The notes under the pieces are model-generated. The model was not told the origin of the DNA and did no database searches. It saw only the letters and a program-made list of their open reading frames with translations. The translations under genes were made by a program, and so were the position numbers. 64,000 nucleotides of DNA from an uncultured Gammaproteobacteria bacterium (GTDB lineage Bacteria; Pseudomonadota; Gammaproteobacteria; DRLM01). Shown here one piece after another: positions 10,301 to 22,900 of the stretch. The number at the start of each line of letters is the position of its first letter. Positions within the stretch are counted from its first letter, which is position 1. The stretch spans positions 288,001 through 352,000 of the forward strand of contig CAVSNY010000007.1 of assembly GCA_963729605.1 (NCBI GenBank), in the 5' to 3' direction.

Positions 10301-11264
10301 CCGCGTCGTCGCCGGCGGCCGTGATTTGACGCTCCTGCAACAAACGCAAGGCGAACGCGCCGCGGCGAGTTTCGCCACTCTGCCCACGGCGGGTTTCGAG
10401 CGTGAGCAGATTACCGCCTGGGATTTCGGCGACTTGCCGGCGCGGTTGGAATTCACGCATGACGGCATGCAACTGATCGGTTATCCGGCCCTGGTCGATG
10501 AAAAGCACGGGTTGGCGCTGCGCCTGCTGGATTCCGCGGAAAAGGCCGACAAGGAAACCCGCGCCGGCGTATGCCGGTTATTCAAAACGCAATTGAGCGA
10601 CCGGTATAAATATCTCGAAAAAAATCTGCCCGGCTTGCAGGCCATGTGCCTGCATTACGCGGGAGTCGGCACGTGCGCGGCATTGAAAGAGGATATCCTC
10701 GCCGCGATCACCCGCCGCGCCGCGCTGGGCGATGAGCCGCCGCCGCGCAGCGCGGCCGAATTTGAACGGCGCAAGAATGCCGGCGCGGCGCAGCTCGTCG
10801 CGATCACCAATGAAGTGTGCGCGTGGGTGGGCGATGCCTTGACGGTTTATCACGCCTTGGCCAAACGGTTCAAGCTGGCGGTTAAACCGGCCTGGTTGAA
10901 AGCGGCCAACGATATTCAGAGTCAGCTGCATCAACTCGTGTATCCCGGTTTCGTCGCCGCGACGCCCTATGAACAATTGCGTCATCTCCCCCGTTATCTG
11001 CGGGCGATCGAGACACGCCTCACCAAATTGGAACAGCAGCCCGGCCGCGATGGACCGTTGCTGGCGCAGGTGGCGCCGCTGTGGGAGGCCTATCTCGCCC
11101 GCGCCGAAAAACACCGCGGGCTCGGCGCGGCCGACCCCGGGCTGGATGAATTCCGCTGGCTGCTGGAAGAGCTGCGGGTGTCTTTGTTCGCGCAGGAACT
11201 CAAGACCGCGGTGCCGGTGTCGGCACCGCGCCTGGCGAAACGCTGGGCGGAACTAAAAGGGTGA
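7383..11264 (+). CDS. hrpA: ATP-dependent RNA helicase HrpA
   Basis: GETGSGKTTQLPK, DEAH, SAT, QRAGRCGR and C-terminal EELRVSLFAQEL; 1293 aa. Confidence 0.96.
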   Translation: MDPRQRFQALNAEISLCLRRDQHRLARRLAALRRRDDAAGQESAWQTLAAEIAASRERRARRLAALPVPTFPEELPVSQKRDDIAQAIAAHQVVIVCGETGSGKTTQLPKICLALGRGVAGLIGHTQPRRIAARSLAARIAEELHTPLGQVAGYQVRFSDQVGEDAYIKVMTDGILLAEIQGDRFLDRYDTLIIDEAHERSLNIDFLLGYLKQLLPKRPDLKVIITSATIDPQRFSKHFNDAPIIEVSGRTYPVELRYRPLLSEDEDGRDRDMQQAILEAVDELARHGAGDVLIFLSGEREIRETAEALRKHHPPHTEIIPLYARLSAADQNKVFQTHAGRRIVLATNVAETSLTVPGIKYVVDPGLVRISRYSHRAKVQRLPIEPVSQASANQRAGRCGRVSAGVCIRLYAEDDFNRRPLFTDPEILRTHLAAVILQMTALGFGDVAGFPFIEPPDGRQVNAAYQTLLELGAVDERRALTQIGRELAGLPVDPRLGRMLLAAREFHCLSEMLVIVAALAVADPRERPIDKQQAADEKHARYVDPHSDFMAYLKLWAHYHEQARHLSKSQLRKYCQENFLSYVRLRDWHDIHAQLTGAVKQLGVRLNQEAADYQAIHRALSCGLLGQIGMKGETQEYLGARGIKFHIFPGSALFKKPPKWVVAGELAETARLYARCAARIEPEWLETLAAHLVKRHYSEPRWEKKPAAVMVVERVTLYGLPIVAGRKVQYGPINPVEARELFIRHALVEGEYETRAPFFAHNQALIHDVEGLEHKVRRHDILVDPEVLYAFYEERLPAGLSDGRGFERWRKEAEQRDPRLLFLNKEYLMRRQAAEITEAQFPDHLLFNGVRLNLDYHFEPGHDADGVTVSVPLALLNQLDAARFEWLVPGLLRDKIIALIKALPKSLRRNFVPAPNFADACLQAIVPGQGALLDVLTRQLKRMTGVEIPADAWQLAGLPAHLLMNFKVVAVDGRVVAGGRDLTLLQQTQGERAAASFATLPTAGFEREQITAWDFGDLPARLEFTHDGMQLIGYPALVDEKHGLALRLLDSAEKADKETRAGVCRLFKTQLSDRYKYLEKNLPGLQAMCLHYAGVGTCAALKEDILAAITRRAALGDEPPPRSAAEFERRKNAGAAQLVAITNEVCAWVGDALTVYHALAKRFKLAVKPAWLKAANDIQSQLHQLVYPGFVAATPYEQLRHLPRYLRAIETRLTKLEQQPGRDGPLLAQVAPLWEAYLARAEKHRGLGAADPGLDEFRWLLEELRVSLFAQELKTAVPVSAPRLAKRWAELKG

Positions 11265-11289
11265 ATGCCGCGGGCGCGCTGCGACTCTC

Positions 11290-11343
11290 TTAAGGCACAT
11301 CCATGTGCCGCATGAACATCTGAATAAATCAGAGCTTCCTTGA
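11290..11343. mobile_element. Truncated copy (right end) of the TTAA-flanked MITE
   Basis: GGCACATCCATGTGCCGC...CTGAATAAATCAGAGCTTCCTT matches the right ends of 48381-48538 and 59760-59914. Confidence 0.75.
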
Positions 11344-11441
11344 ATTAAAAAGCGGATTTCGTTGGCGCGGGCTTGCCGTGCCGGGCCGGGGGGCGTAGGC
11401 TGCGCGCCAGGATTGACCGTTTTTGAAAGGTATATGAATTT

Positions 11442-11900
11442 ATGGAAGCCGCTTTAATATTGCATGTCCTGTCCGCCGTGGTGTGGGTGGGCGGGATGTT
11501 CTTCGCGTATATGATACTGCGGCCGGTGGCGGCCGGTCTGCTGGATGCGCCGCAGCGGCTGGCCTTGTGGGCGCAGGTGTTCGCGCAGTTTTTCACCTGG
11601 GTGTGGTTCGCGATCATTACCTTGCTGCTCACCGGGTATGGCATGTTGTTCGCCTTTTTCGGCGGCATGGCCGCCGCGCCGATTTATATTCACATCATGC
11701 AAGGCGCGGGTTTATTGATGATGCTGATTTTCGCCCACGTCTACTTCGCCCCTTACCGGCGCTTGCGGCAGGCGGTGGCCGCGCAGGATTGGTCCGAGGG
11801 CGGCCGCCGCCTGGGGCAGATCCGTCAACTGGTGGGCATTAATTTGATGCTGGGACTGCTGGTGGTGACGGTGGCCGCCGCCGGGCGGTTTGTTATATAA
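11442..11900 (+). CDS. CopD-like 4-TM membrane protein
   Basis: LHVLSAVVWVGGMFFA motif and four hydrophobic helices. Confidence 0.8.
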   Translation: MEAALILHVLSAVVWVGGMFFAYMILRPVAAGLLDAPQRLALWAQVFAQFFTWVWFAIITLLLTGYGMLFAFFGGMAAAPIYIHIMQGAGLLMMLIFAHVYFAPYRRLRQAVAAQDWSEGGRRLGQIRQLVGINLMLGLLVVTVAAAGRFVI

Positions 11901-11930
11901 CCCGTTTGGCGGGCGCTCCGCCCATTACTG

Positions 11931-12003
11931 CCCGCGAAAACGAAACAGGCGATTTTCCCTTTCTTCATCTTCAATGGTTGCACGCCGTTCAAGACGGCGG
12001 CAG
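11931..12003. repeat. Degenerate internal segment of the TTAA-MITE family
   Basis: GATTTTCCCTTTCTTCATCTTCAATGGTTGCACGCCGTTCAAGACGGCGGCA aligns by eye with 48441-48492. Confidence 0.55.
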
Positions 12004-12265
12004 GCCCTTTCACTTCACCCGCCCCGGGCCGCGGAAACCTCCGCATAATTCGTTAGCTTGCCCGATGGACCCGTTCTAAAAGAACGCCGGATAAATGCCG
12101 ATCTAAGTAGGGCGACGCATGGGTTGTATGCGCGTCGCGTTATGTTCCGGCGACCACGGATTTTTTCCATCCAGCGCGGAGACCGGGACTGGTTCCGCGC
12201 CGTGTTCGAATCCGGCCGGGTATGAACGATGCGCTGGATGCTCATGCGTATAAAAGGCGCCGACT

Positions 12266-13873
12266 ATGGTGGCTAAAATAAGTTTGCTCGAGCCGCGGCC
12301 GCGGACCACGCATTTTCCGGGATGCCGTACCCATGGCGAAGGGCCATCATGGCTAGGGGCGCTCTTGGTGATCGCCCTGCTTTTGGCCGGGTGCAGTGGC
12401 GGCAAAGGCACGCCGGCGCCGGTGTCCGGCGGTGGCGGCGGGGCGGGCGGTGGGAACGATAATAGCGGCGACGCCGCGCCCGAGCCGACCTATCTGTTTT
12501 TCGGCGGCGGTCTGACCGCCGTCGATCCCAGCAATCCCGCCTCGCCCATCAGTTTGGAAACCGGGCCGGTGACGGGCGCGCGCACCGCCCTGTCCGGCCG
12601 GCAGGATACCCCGACCCGGGTCTCGGGTTTATATGTCCGCAGTGTGATTTATGGGCGGGGCGGCAAGCTCTGGCAGGTCAACGCGTTGACCACGGCGACG
12701 CCCAGCCCGCGGCAAGTGTCGAACGAGACGGCGGCCACGCTCATTTGCAGCGCCTATGTCAGCGACGACCTCGCCGATCACGCCCACACGGCTTATGTGT
12801 ACGAGTTGGGCGGCACGGACAATCAGTGCGCGACGGCCGGCGACAATCTCTGGAAAATGATCCGCCTCGGCATGAGTGAAACCGCCGCGCCGCTCCCCGC
12901 CGTGAAACCGGTGATCGATCTCGGCAGCGACGTGACCGGCGCGGTGACCGGCTGGTTGGGCGTCAGCGGCGGCGCGCTCTACAAATACGACGCCGACTTC
13001 GCCTCGCCGCAGTTGTTGACCTCGTACAACAGCCAGGTGCTGTTCCTGATCGCCGTCACTAATCAACGGGTCATTATCCGCGTGGATGATGATTTGTACC
13101 TGTATGACGACGCCCTGGGCGTCTTGTCGTCTTCGCTGCACCATTTTTCCAGTGCCGCGGAGGGCCCCTTTCAAAGCGACGGCAGCTTTCTTTATTTCGT
13201 CGACGGCGGCGGCATTTATAAACTGGCCCTCAGCGGCGGCGCGGCGGCCAGTTTGGTGGTGACCGAAAACAATGTCAGCAGCGCGGGCCTTACCTTGGCC
13301 TTGACCGAGGGGTATGTAATTTATTCCTGGCGCAACGCCGTCACGGCGGTGACTACCCTGAACCGGCTCGCCAAGACCGGCGGCGGCGCGCAGCCGATCT
13401 TTTCCGGCATTGAAGGGGTGCGGGTGATGACCGCGGCGGATCTGATTTATTACACCGTCGGATCGACCACCAGCTTGACGTCCTATGTCATGCGAGAGAA
13501 TGGCACTACGCTCGCGCAATACGACGGTGCGTTATGGTGGGGCCAGTCGCTGTCCTCCACCGTCGATGCCGCCGAGATGGCCCGGCCCAATAAAATTTTC
13601 TTGATGGAAGGTTACACGGATAACAATTCGTTCTTCGCCAACGGCACCATCTCGGCCTATGCCGCGGCCACCCATGTCCGCAGCGCGGTATTGGGCGCCA
13701 TCCCCGCCAACATCACCGACATCCTTTTCAGCGGCATCGGCGACGCGGTAATGGGTTTGGGCACCACCACCGGCAATCCGGCGGGCACCGACATCTTCAT
13801 CGCCGACGCCAACGTCGACGGTTCCCTGGTGCGGGTGACCACCACCGGCGGCATCAACGAGCAGCCCTTGTAG
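12266..13873 (+). CDS. Hypothetical lipoprotein, beta-rich (possibly propeller)
   Basis: LLLAGC lipobox, Gly-rich linker, 535 aa; start uncertain. Confidence 0.7.
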   Translation: MVAKISLLEPRPRTTHFPGCRTHGEGPSWLGALLVIALLLAGCSGGKGTPAPVSGGGGGAGGGNDNSGDAAPEPTYLFFGGGLTAVDPSNPASPISLETGPVTGARTALSGRQDTPTRVSGLYVRSVIYGRGGKLWQVNALTTATPSPRQVSNETAATLICSAYVSDDLADHAHTAYVYELGGTDNQCATAGDNLWKMIRLGMSETAAPLPAVKPVIDLGSDVTGAVTGWLGVSGGALYKYDADFASPQLLTSYNSQVLFLIAVTNQRVIIRVDDDLYLYDDALGVLSSSLHHFSSAAEGPFQSDGSFLYFVDGGGIYKLALSGGAAASLVVTENNVSSAGLTLALTEGYVIYSWRNAVTAVTTLNRLAKTGGGAQPIFSGIEGVRVMTAADLIYYTVGSTTSLTSYVMRENGTTLAQYDGALWWGQSLSSTVDAAEMARPNKIFLMEGYTDNNSFFANGTISAYAAATHVRSAVLGAIPANITDILFSGIGDAVMGLGTTTGNPAGTDIFIADANVDGSLVRVTTTGGINEQPL

Positions 13874-14114
13874 CGGGTGCGATTGTATTTTGACCCGGCC
13901 ACCTCGTCCCGCCCCTTGCGAGGGGAACGGAAACCGCCACCAATGACCGCCATAATAATCCAGCCGGCTTGCCGGGACCGGTTTGATCCCCGGCGTTCCA
14001 CCGCCGTTCAATACGCGCGGCCCGTCGCGCAAGGGGTGTTCAGTGTGACCATGATGTCGTACCTTACTCTACAAATAGCGCGGATATTCATTCACTGACG
14101 AGTTGGTATTGCGT

Positions 14115-15527
14115 ATGAAAATAAGTTTTTTGGGCGCGGCCCGCGAGGTGACCGGTTCTTGTTTTCTGGTCGAGGCGGGCGGACGGCGGGTCCTGGTGGA
14201 TTGCGGCCTGATTCAGGGCGCCGCCGCCGATGAAAAGAGAAATCGCGATCCCTTCCCCTTTAATCCTCAGGCCATCGACGCGGTGGTGTTGACCCATGCC
14301 CATCTCGACCATTCCGGCCGCTTGCCCTTGCTGGTCAAGGCCGGTTATCGCGGGCCGGTGTACACCCAGCGCGCCAGCCGCGATCTGGCGCGCATCATGC
14401 TCAAGGACGCCGGTTTTCTCAATGAGAAAGACGCGGAGCGGGAAAACCGCAAACGTCAACGCAAACATGAGTCTTTGCTGGAACCTTTGTACACGGTAAA
14501 AGACGCGCAAGAGGCGCTGCGTTATTTCCGCGCGGTGGACTACGGCGAGATCGTCGAGATCGCCGCAGGCGTAAGGATACGTTTGCTGGACGCCGGACAC
14601 ATCCTGGGTTCCGCCATCGTCGAGATGTGGTTGGAGGAAGGCGATGTTCGCCGCAAGCTGGTGTTCAGCGGCGATCTCGGTCACCAGGGCGCGCCGATAC
14701 TGCGCGACCCGGCCATGGTCTCCGAGGCGGATTTGGTGATCATGGAGAGCACCTATGGCGACCGCGCGCACCGTTCCTGGGAGGCGACCTGGGCGGAGTT
14801 GGATGAGGTGTTCGCGCAGACCGCCCGGGTGCGCGGGAATATTTTGATCCCCGCCTTCGCGGTGGGGCGCACGCAGGAGTTGCTGTACGCCTTCAAGCGC
14901 AACTACCAACGCTGGGGCCTGGATAAATGGACGATATTTTTGGACAGCCCGATGGCCATCGAGGCCACCGCCGCTTACAGCCGCCACGCCGCGCTGTACG
15001 ACCGGGAGGCGGCGGCGTCGCGCCGGCATGCCGGCGATTTGTTCACGCTGCCCAATCTGCATCTCAGTCACACCGCGCAGCAATCGATGCGCATCAACCG
15101 CATCGAGGCCGGCGCCATCATCATCGCCGGCAGCGGCATGTGCGAAGGCGGGCGTATCCGCCATCACCTCAAACACAACGTCTGGCGGGAGAAGTGCCGG
15201 CTATTGATCGTGGGTTTCCAGGCGCAAGGCAGTTTGGGGCGCGCCTTGGTGGACGGCGCGCAGACCATCAAGCTGTGGGGCGAAAGCATGCGGGTCGCGG
15301 CGCGGGTGCACACCATCGGCGGATTCTCGGCGCACGCCGATTGTAACGGCCTCGCGGCGTGGTATGGCGCCTACACCGGAAGGCCGCCGGTGGCGCTGGT
15401 GCACGGCGAGGCGCGGGCGATGCAGGCCTTCGCCACGCGCCTGCGCGACAGCGGGGCGCAGGCGGTGTTCATGCCGGAAACGGGGGCGAGCATCGATTTG
15501 CTGAATATGCAACTGGATGCGCATTAA
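14115..15527 (+). CDS. MBL-fold beta-CASP ribonuclease (Ysh1/TTHA0252-like)
   Basis: GAAREVTGSC, THAHLDHSG, AGHILGS, MESTYG, FSAHAD, VHGE. Confidence 0.93.
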   Translation: MKISFLGAAREVTGSCFLVEAGGRRVLVDCGLIQGAAADEKRNRDPFPFNPQAIDAVVLTHAHLDHSGRLPLLVKAGYRGPVYTQRASRDLARIMLKDAGFLNEKDAERENRKRQRKHESLLEPLYTVKDAQEALRYFRAVDYGEIVEIAAGVRIRLLDAGHILGSAIVEMWLEEGDVRRKLVFSGDLGHQGAPILRDPAMVSEADLVIMESTYGDRAHRSWEATWAELDEVFAQTARVRGNILIPAFAVGRTQELLYAFKRNYQRWGLDKWTIFLDSPMAIEATAAYSRHAALYDREAAASRRHAGDLFTLPNLHLSHTAQQSMRINRIEAGAIIIAGSGMCEGGRIRHHLKHNVWREKCRLLIVGFQAQGSLGRALVDGAQTIKLWGESMRVAARVHTIGGFSAHADCNGLAAWYGAYTGRPPVALVHGEARAMQAFATRLRDSGAQAVFMPETGASIDLLNMQLDAH

Positions 15528-15541
15528 CAGCCCGCGCGCCG

Positions 15542-16381
15542 TCAGGGCGGGAAATTTTGCGCCGGGTCGCGGAAAGCGGCCCATTCGATTTGTTCGAGAT
15601 CGACGTGTTCGTCCGCCGCGTATTGCCATTCTCCGCCGCTGTCGCCCGGACCCTCGCCGCCGATCCAGAAGTATTTGCCCGCGGTGACCTCGGCGAATTG
15701 CGCGTCCCGCGCCATGTCGAAATCACCGCCGGCGGGGCTGTCGGCGCCGTGCAACGAAAAGGTGTTGTGGATCGGCGCGCCGCCGTCGCCATCTTGATAA
15801 CCGAGGTGGCGCATGTCCACGGCAAACGATGCGCTCATCGTGTCGGTCTCCAAACTTTGGGTGATGCGCGGTTTGGTAAGCAGATCGTCTTTCAAAAATT
15901 CCTGAGTGAACTCGCCGTCGCGGATCACCATGCGCACCAGCACGGTGGTGGGATTGGCGCTGCCGTTGCCGGTCAGCTGAATGTCGTCGGCGAGGGGCTG
16001 GCTGCCGTTGGCGATGCCGCCCAGGCTGGCCGTGCCTGGACCGCCCTGCCACTGCGCGCCGCTGGCTTGCGCGTAAACCTCCATGGCGAAGCCGCCGGCG
16101 GGATCGCCGATGACGGTATGGTAATAAATGTTGCCGTCGTTGCCGCGCACGCGTTCCTGCAGAAAGGGCGTGGTATCGGGATCGGCCTGGCTGCCGACCG
16201 CGCAATGGATAGCGGCGCCGCCCCGGTTGCAGTCGGCGAAGACCGTGTCGCTGCCCACGGCGTCGCCTTGCGCGGTCCATTCGAATTTGAATTGGGCGGC
16301 GGCGAACGGCGCCCAGCCCAACAGCAATGCCGCGACGAGTGCGGCGCGCCTGATGGATGATGACCGGCTGATGTGTCCCAT
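15542..16381 (-). CDS. Hypothetical secreted protein
   Basis: Signal peptide (RRAALVAALLLGWAPFAAA) and an acidic beta-rich body. Confidence 0.7.
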   Translation of the reverse strand: MGHISRSSSIRRAALVAALLLGWAPFAAAQFKFEWTAQGDAVGSDTVFADCNRGGAAIHCAVGSQADPDTTPFLQERVRGNDGNIYYHTVIGDPAGGFAMEVYAQASGAQWQGGPGTASLGGIANGSQPLADDIQLTGNGSANPTTVLVRMVIRDGEFTQEFLKDDLLTKPRITQSLETDTMSASFAVDMRHLGYQDGDGGAPIHNTFSLHGADSPAGGDFDMARDAQFAEVTAGKYFWIGGEGPGDSGGEWQYAADEHVDLEQIEWAAFRDPAQNFPP

Positions 16382-16552
16382 ATACCCCCCGGCCGCGCCC
16401 GGCGGGTGAGTGCTGCAAGGGCGCGTACAGGGTATGTATCGAGTGGAGGCGGCGTGAACTTGAATGGCGGTTTTGGGAGGCGCCGATTGGGTTCTTAAGC
16501 CGGCGCCGGACGGGCTTGATTTTTCATGCGAGGGTTTCCGGCGTTGTTGCGT

Positions 16553-19261
<2,709 letters not shown>

Positions 19262-19368
19262 GGCGTCGTGACTCTGGAGGATGCTTTAAGCATAGTCCAC
19301 CAGATCGGGACGCGTGTCCGCGAAAGCGGAGAATATTTTTACTGGCGTGTGCGGGTGATGCGGTGAAC

Positions 19369-19443
19369 GTGGGTGATTGACGAGGAGATCAATCACCCAC
19401 TTTATTTTCCTGCCGGCCACCGTTGCGGTGGCCGGTTTATTTA
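19369..19443. terminator. Two hairpins (probable terminator region)
   Basis: GTGGGTGATTGA...TCAATCACCCAC and CCGGCCACCG-TTG-CGGTGGCCGG, each followed by TTTATTT on the + strand. Confidence 0.55.
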
Positions 19444-19501
19444 GACGACGGTAATCTCTACGGTTAGCCGAGGGGTGACAAGTGTGTTCTCGCCATGGGT
19501 T

Positions 19502-19927
19502 TTACCACCATTTCGGATAGGGCGGGCTGCAAATTTTCCACTGTTGACCCGGCGGCTGTTTGACTATGTTCATACATACGCTGCCTTCGATAACTTTTAG
19601 TGTTATGGTGCTTTCAAATTTACGTTGAATCTCCGCTAACTCCTCGTCGCTTACCTGCTGAGTCTGGCTGGCCGCCCCGCTTTGGCTGCTGGACTTTTCT
19701 TTTTCCATCGTCACTTTGCGGCCCTCGTTGGGCTGCACCAATTCTCCGGTGGCGACATTGACCACGACCAGTTCGCCGCTGCGTGTCAACAGCAGGGCAT
19801 GTTGCGCATCATGTTGTTTGGCGATCTTGGCCAGATCGGCATGAGGTCTTGGTTTGGTTATGTCCGCCATGCTGCTGCACGCGGTGAGCGCCAAGAGACT
19901 GCCCGCGATCACTAAAAGACGTTGCAT
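19502..19927 (-). CDS. Small hypothetical lipoprotein
   Basis: LALTAC lipobox, AGGAG RBS, C-terminal Cys pair; co-oriented downstream of the barrel gene. Confidence 0.8.
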   Translation of the reverse strand: MQRLLVIAGSLLALTACSSMADITKPRPHADLAKIAKQHDAQHALLLTRSGELVVVNVATGELVQPNEGRKVTMEKEKSSSQSGAASQTQQVSDEELAEIQRKFESTITLKVIEGSVCMNIVKQPPGQQWKICSPPYPKWW

Positions 19928-19996
19928 AGTGTGTTCTCCTGTTGTTGAGAGTGGTTCTTGCTGCCGGATTTTTACTACATGCCTTTATTCACATCG

Positions 19997-22900
19997 CTAA
20001 AACCAGAATGCCACATTGGCGAAAACACTTCTCTCGGGGCGGAAACGGGCCAGGAGAGGAGTGGGGGTTTCGGTGCTCAAACTGGTGTCGTGAAAATCAA
20101 ACTGGTTATCAAAAATATTCTGCGCGGTGACGGATAAAATCGTTTTACGGCTGGGCAGGCGGTAACCCAGGGTAATATCCATGGTCGTAAACGTGGCCTT
20201 GTCCCTAGCCAGTTCTTGCTCGGTGGCGAACGCGACCCGCTGTGATACCAGATTGAGCGCCGTTTTGCTGAAGAAGCCGCGCGGCTGGTGGTAGTTCAAG
20301 CTCAGGGGCAGATAATGCGTGGTGAGCTTGACCGGATTCGCCGTATCGGCCTCCCCTTGAATGAAATCACGGCTGGCATGCCCGAAGAAATATTCGGTGG
20401 CGATGTTCCAGCGCGGATTCAGAATCTGATAGAAGTAGGCGCGATGCAAAGTTTCGTTATTAGTTTCTTGCGTGGTGGTACCTAGACCCGGATCGATCAC
20501 TTGTTTATCGCTGTCGCGCCGCGAGAACTCGACACCGGCGAAGCGAGACGCTGAGAATTGATGATCGAACCCTATGCCGTGACGCTTGGCCTTGGTGCCG
20601 ATTATGTCGTCAAAGAATTGATTGAAGCCGGCGATCTGGGTCGGCTCGATAGTTTGATTGGCGTGGGTCAGACGGCGCAGGGTGCGGAAGGCGGCGAGCC
20701 GCACGGTGGTTTGCTGGGTCGGCGTCCATAACAGGCCGAACTTCGGGTTGAATTGCGAGTGGTCCTCGTGGGTGGCGAGGGCGGTGGCCTCGTCGAAAAG
20801 ATCGCTGGTCACTTTGTCGTAACTGAGGCCCAAGGTCAGATGCAGTTGCGCGAGCGGCGTGAAGGTATCGTAAAGATAGAGATTGTGGTCTTCGCGATCG
20901 CCGCTGCTGTCCTCGATGGGGAAAATGAAGCCGTCGAAATCGAAGGTCAGCAGCGCGCGTCTGCGTTGTTCAGCATGGCCCGCGCCGATGGTCATGCTGT
21001 GCGACTTCAACTGCATGATGCCTTGCAACTCGGCGTTGTAACCTTCGGTCAGCGCGCTGAAGTCGGTGGGAGACGAGGTGTCGTGCCGGTCCTGCCGATC
21101 GTAAATGATCGAGCCGAGCAGGATGTGGCGGGTTGAGAAGGCGTGGCGCAGGCCCACCCGCGCCGATTCCTGATTGAAGTCCTGCCGCAATAAGGCGTCG
21201 AAATTATCGGCGCCGAAGCGTTGCGCGACGTCGCCGCCCTCGATGTCACGGCGCCGCCACTCGAGTTGCGCGCTGGTGCTGTTGCTCACATCGTATTGCA
21301 AAAAGGCGTTGTAGATGTTTTGTTCGAAATCGTTGTTGTCGCGATAACCGTCGCTGCTGTAATGCAGCTGGCCGACGCTGGCCGCTAAATTGCGGTAATT
21401 GCCGAACACCACCGCTTCGTCGCCCCAAGTGTCGTCGCTGCCGCCGCTGAGGTTGGCTTGCAGGGCCAGCCGGTCCTGCGCGAACAGCGGTGTGAATTCG
21501 TTGAACGCGGCGCGGGTCGGTCCCGATCCTTCCAAAACGAACAGGCTGGTTTCCGCCGCGCTGGGGCTGACGGGCCGGGCGGTGATGGGTTGCAGCAACT
21601 GCGCTTGCAACACTTCGCTGACCCGCGCCACTTCATGGCGCGGCAAGCCGGTGTAGGAATCGGCGAGGAAGCGGTGCGCGGAATGATTGGTCGGATCGGC
21701 GGCTAGGGATTTCCAGCCTTCCACCAAGGCGAGTTGTTGAAAGCCGAGGTCGCCGTAGATGCGCGCCAGACTCGCGCCGCGGGCGGCGGCGTCGCTGTCG
21801 AGCAACAGCCGCGAGCGATAGACCGCGCGGTTGTCGTTGAGCGCGATGGAGGTTTGCAAATCCTGGAGGGCTTCGACCGGGCGGTTGGTGCTTTGTTTGA
21901 GTATTGCGTCGTAAAACCACGGGCTGGGGTCGGAGGGGTCGAGCAGGCGGGCGGTGTCCCATTGCGCGGCGGCGCGGCCGTCGCGTCCCTCCTCGAAATA
22001 GGCTTTGCCCAAATAACTGCGGACCAGGGCGTTGTCCGGATCGAGACTGGCGGCCAATTCCATATGGCGGCGGCCGCTGGCGACGTGGCCCTCGCGCACG
22101 TCGATCAAACCGAGGCCGAGCCGCGGCAAGGGATCGCTGGGGTCGAAGCCGGCGGCGGTTTCAAAAGACCGCCGCGCCGCGCCGAGCCGCATGTCGTTGA
22201 GTTGCGCGTAGCCCAACACGCTTTGACTGCGCGCCGAACGTGGATTGAGGCGCGCCGCTTCTTGCGCGGCGGCGAGGGCGGCGTCGCGTTCGCCGAACAT
22301 CAGTTGCAATTCGGCGAGCCGTGCCCAGGCCAGCGCGTTGCCAGGATCGAGTTCCACCGCCTTGCCCGCCTCGGCGCGGGCGCGTTCCAGTTCGAAGCGC
22401 GCCTGCCAGGCGTAGGACAAGGCGAGTCGCGGGCCGGGCGCGGCGGGCGCCGCGGCCGCCGCGCGGGTCGCCAATTCCAAACCGCGGTCTTTGTCATTTT
22501 GAGTGAGGGCGACGATGGCTTGCAGGGCGAGGGCATCGCCGTCGTCGGGGACGAGCGTCAGCGCGCGGGCGAGGTCGGCGTCGGCCTCTTGCACGCGGCC
22601 GACGCCGAGATGCAACGAAGCGCGATAGATGAGATAGCGGCCGTCGTCGCTGTCGGCGCTCAGCGTGTCCAAGGCGGCCAACGCGCCGGTGGGATCACCT
22701 TCCTTGAGCCGGGCGAGGGAGCGGGTCAGCGGCTCCCGTGCCGCGAAATCCGCGGCGTCGAATTGCACCACCGCCGGATAATGCAGCGCCCACTGTAAAC
22801 CTTCGCGCGGTCGCACCAGTACGCGCAGATCCGGCGCGCCCGCCGCGCCCGCCACGGCGGACTGGCCATGGGTCAGCACTAATCTTCCTTGGTCGTTGGA

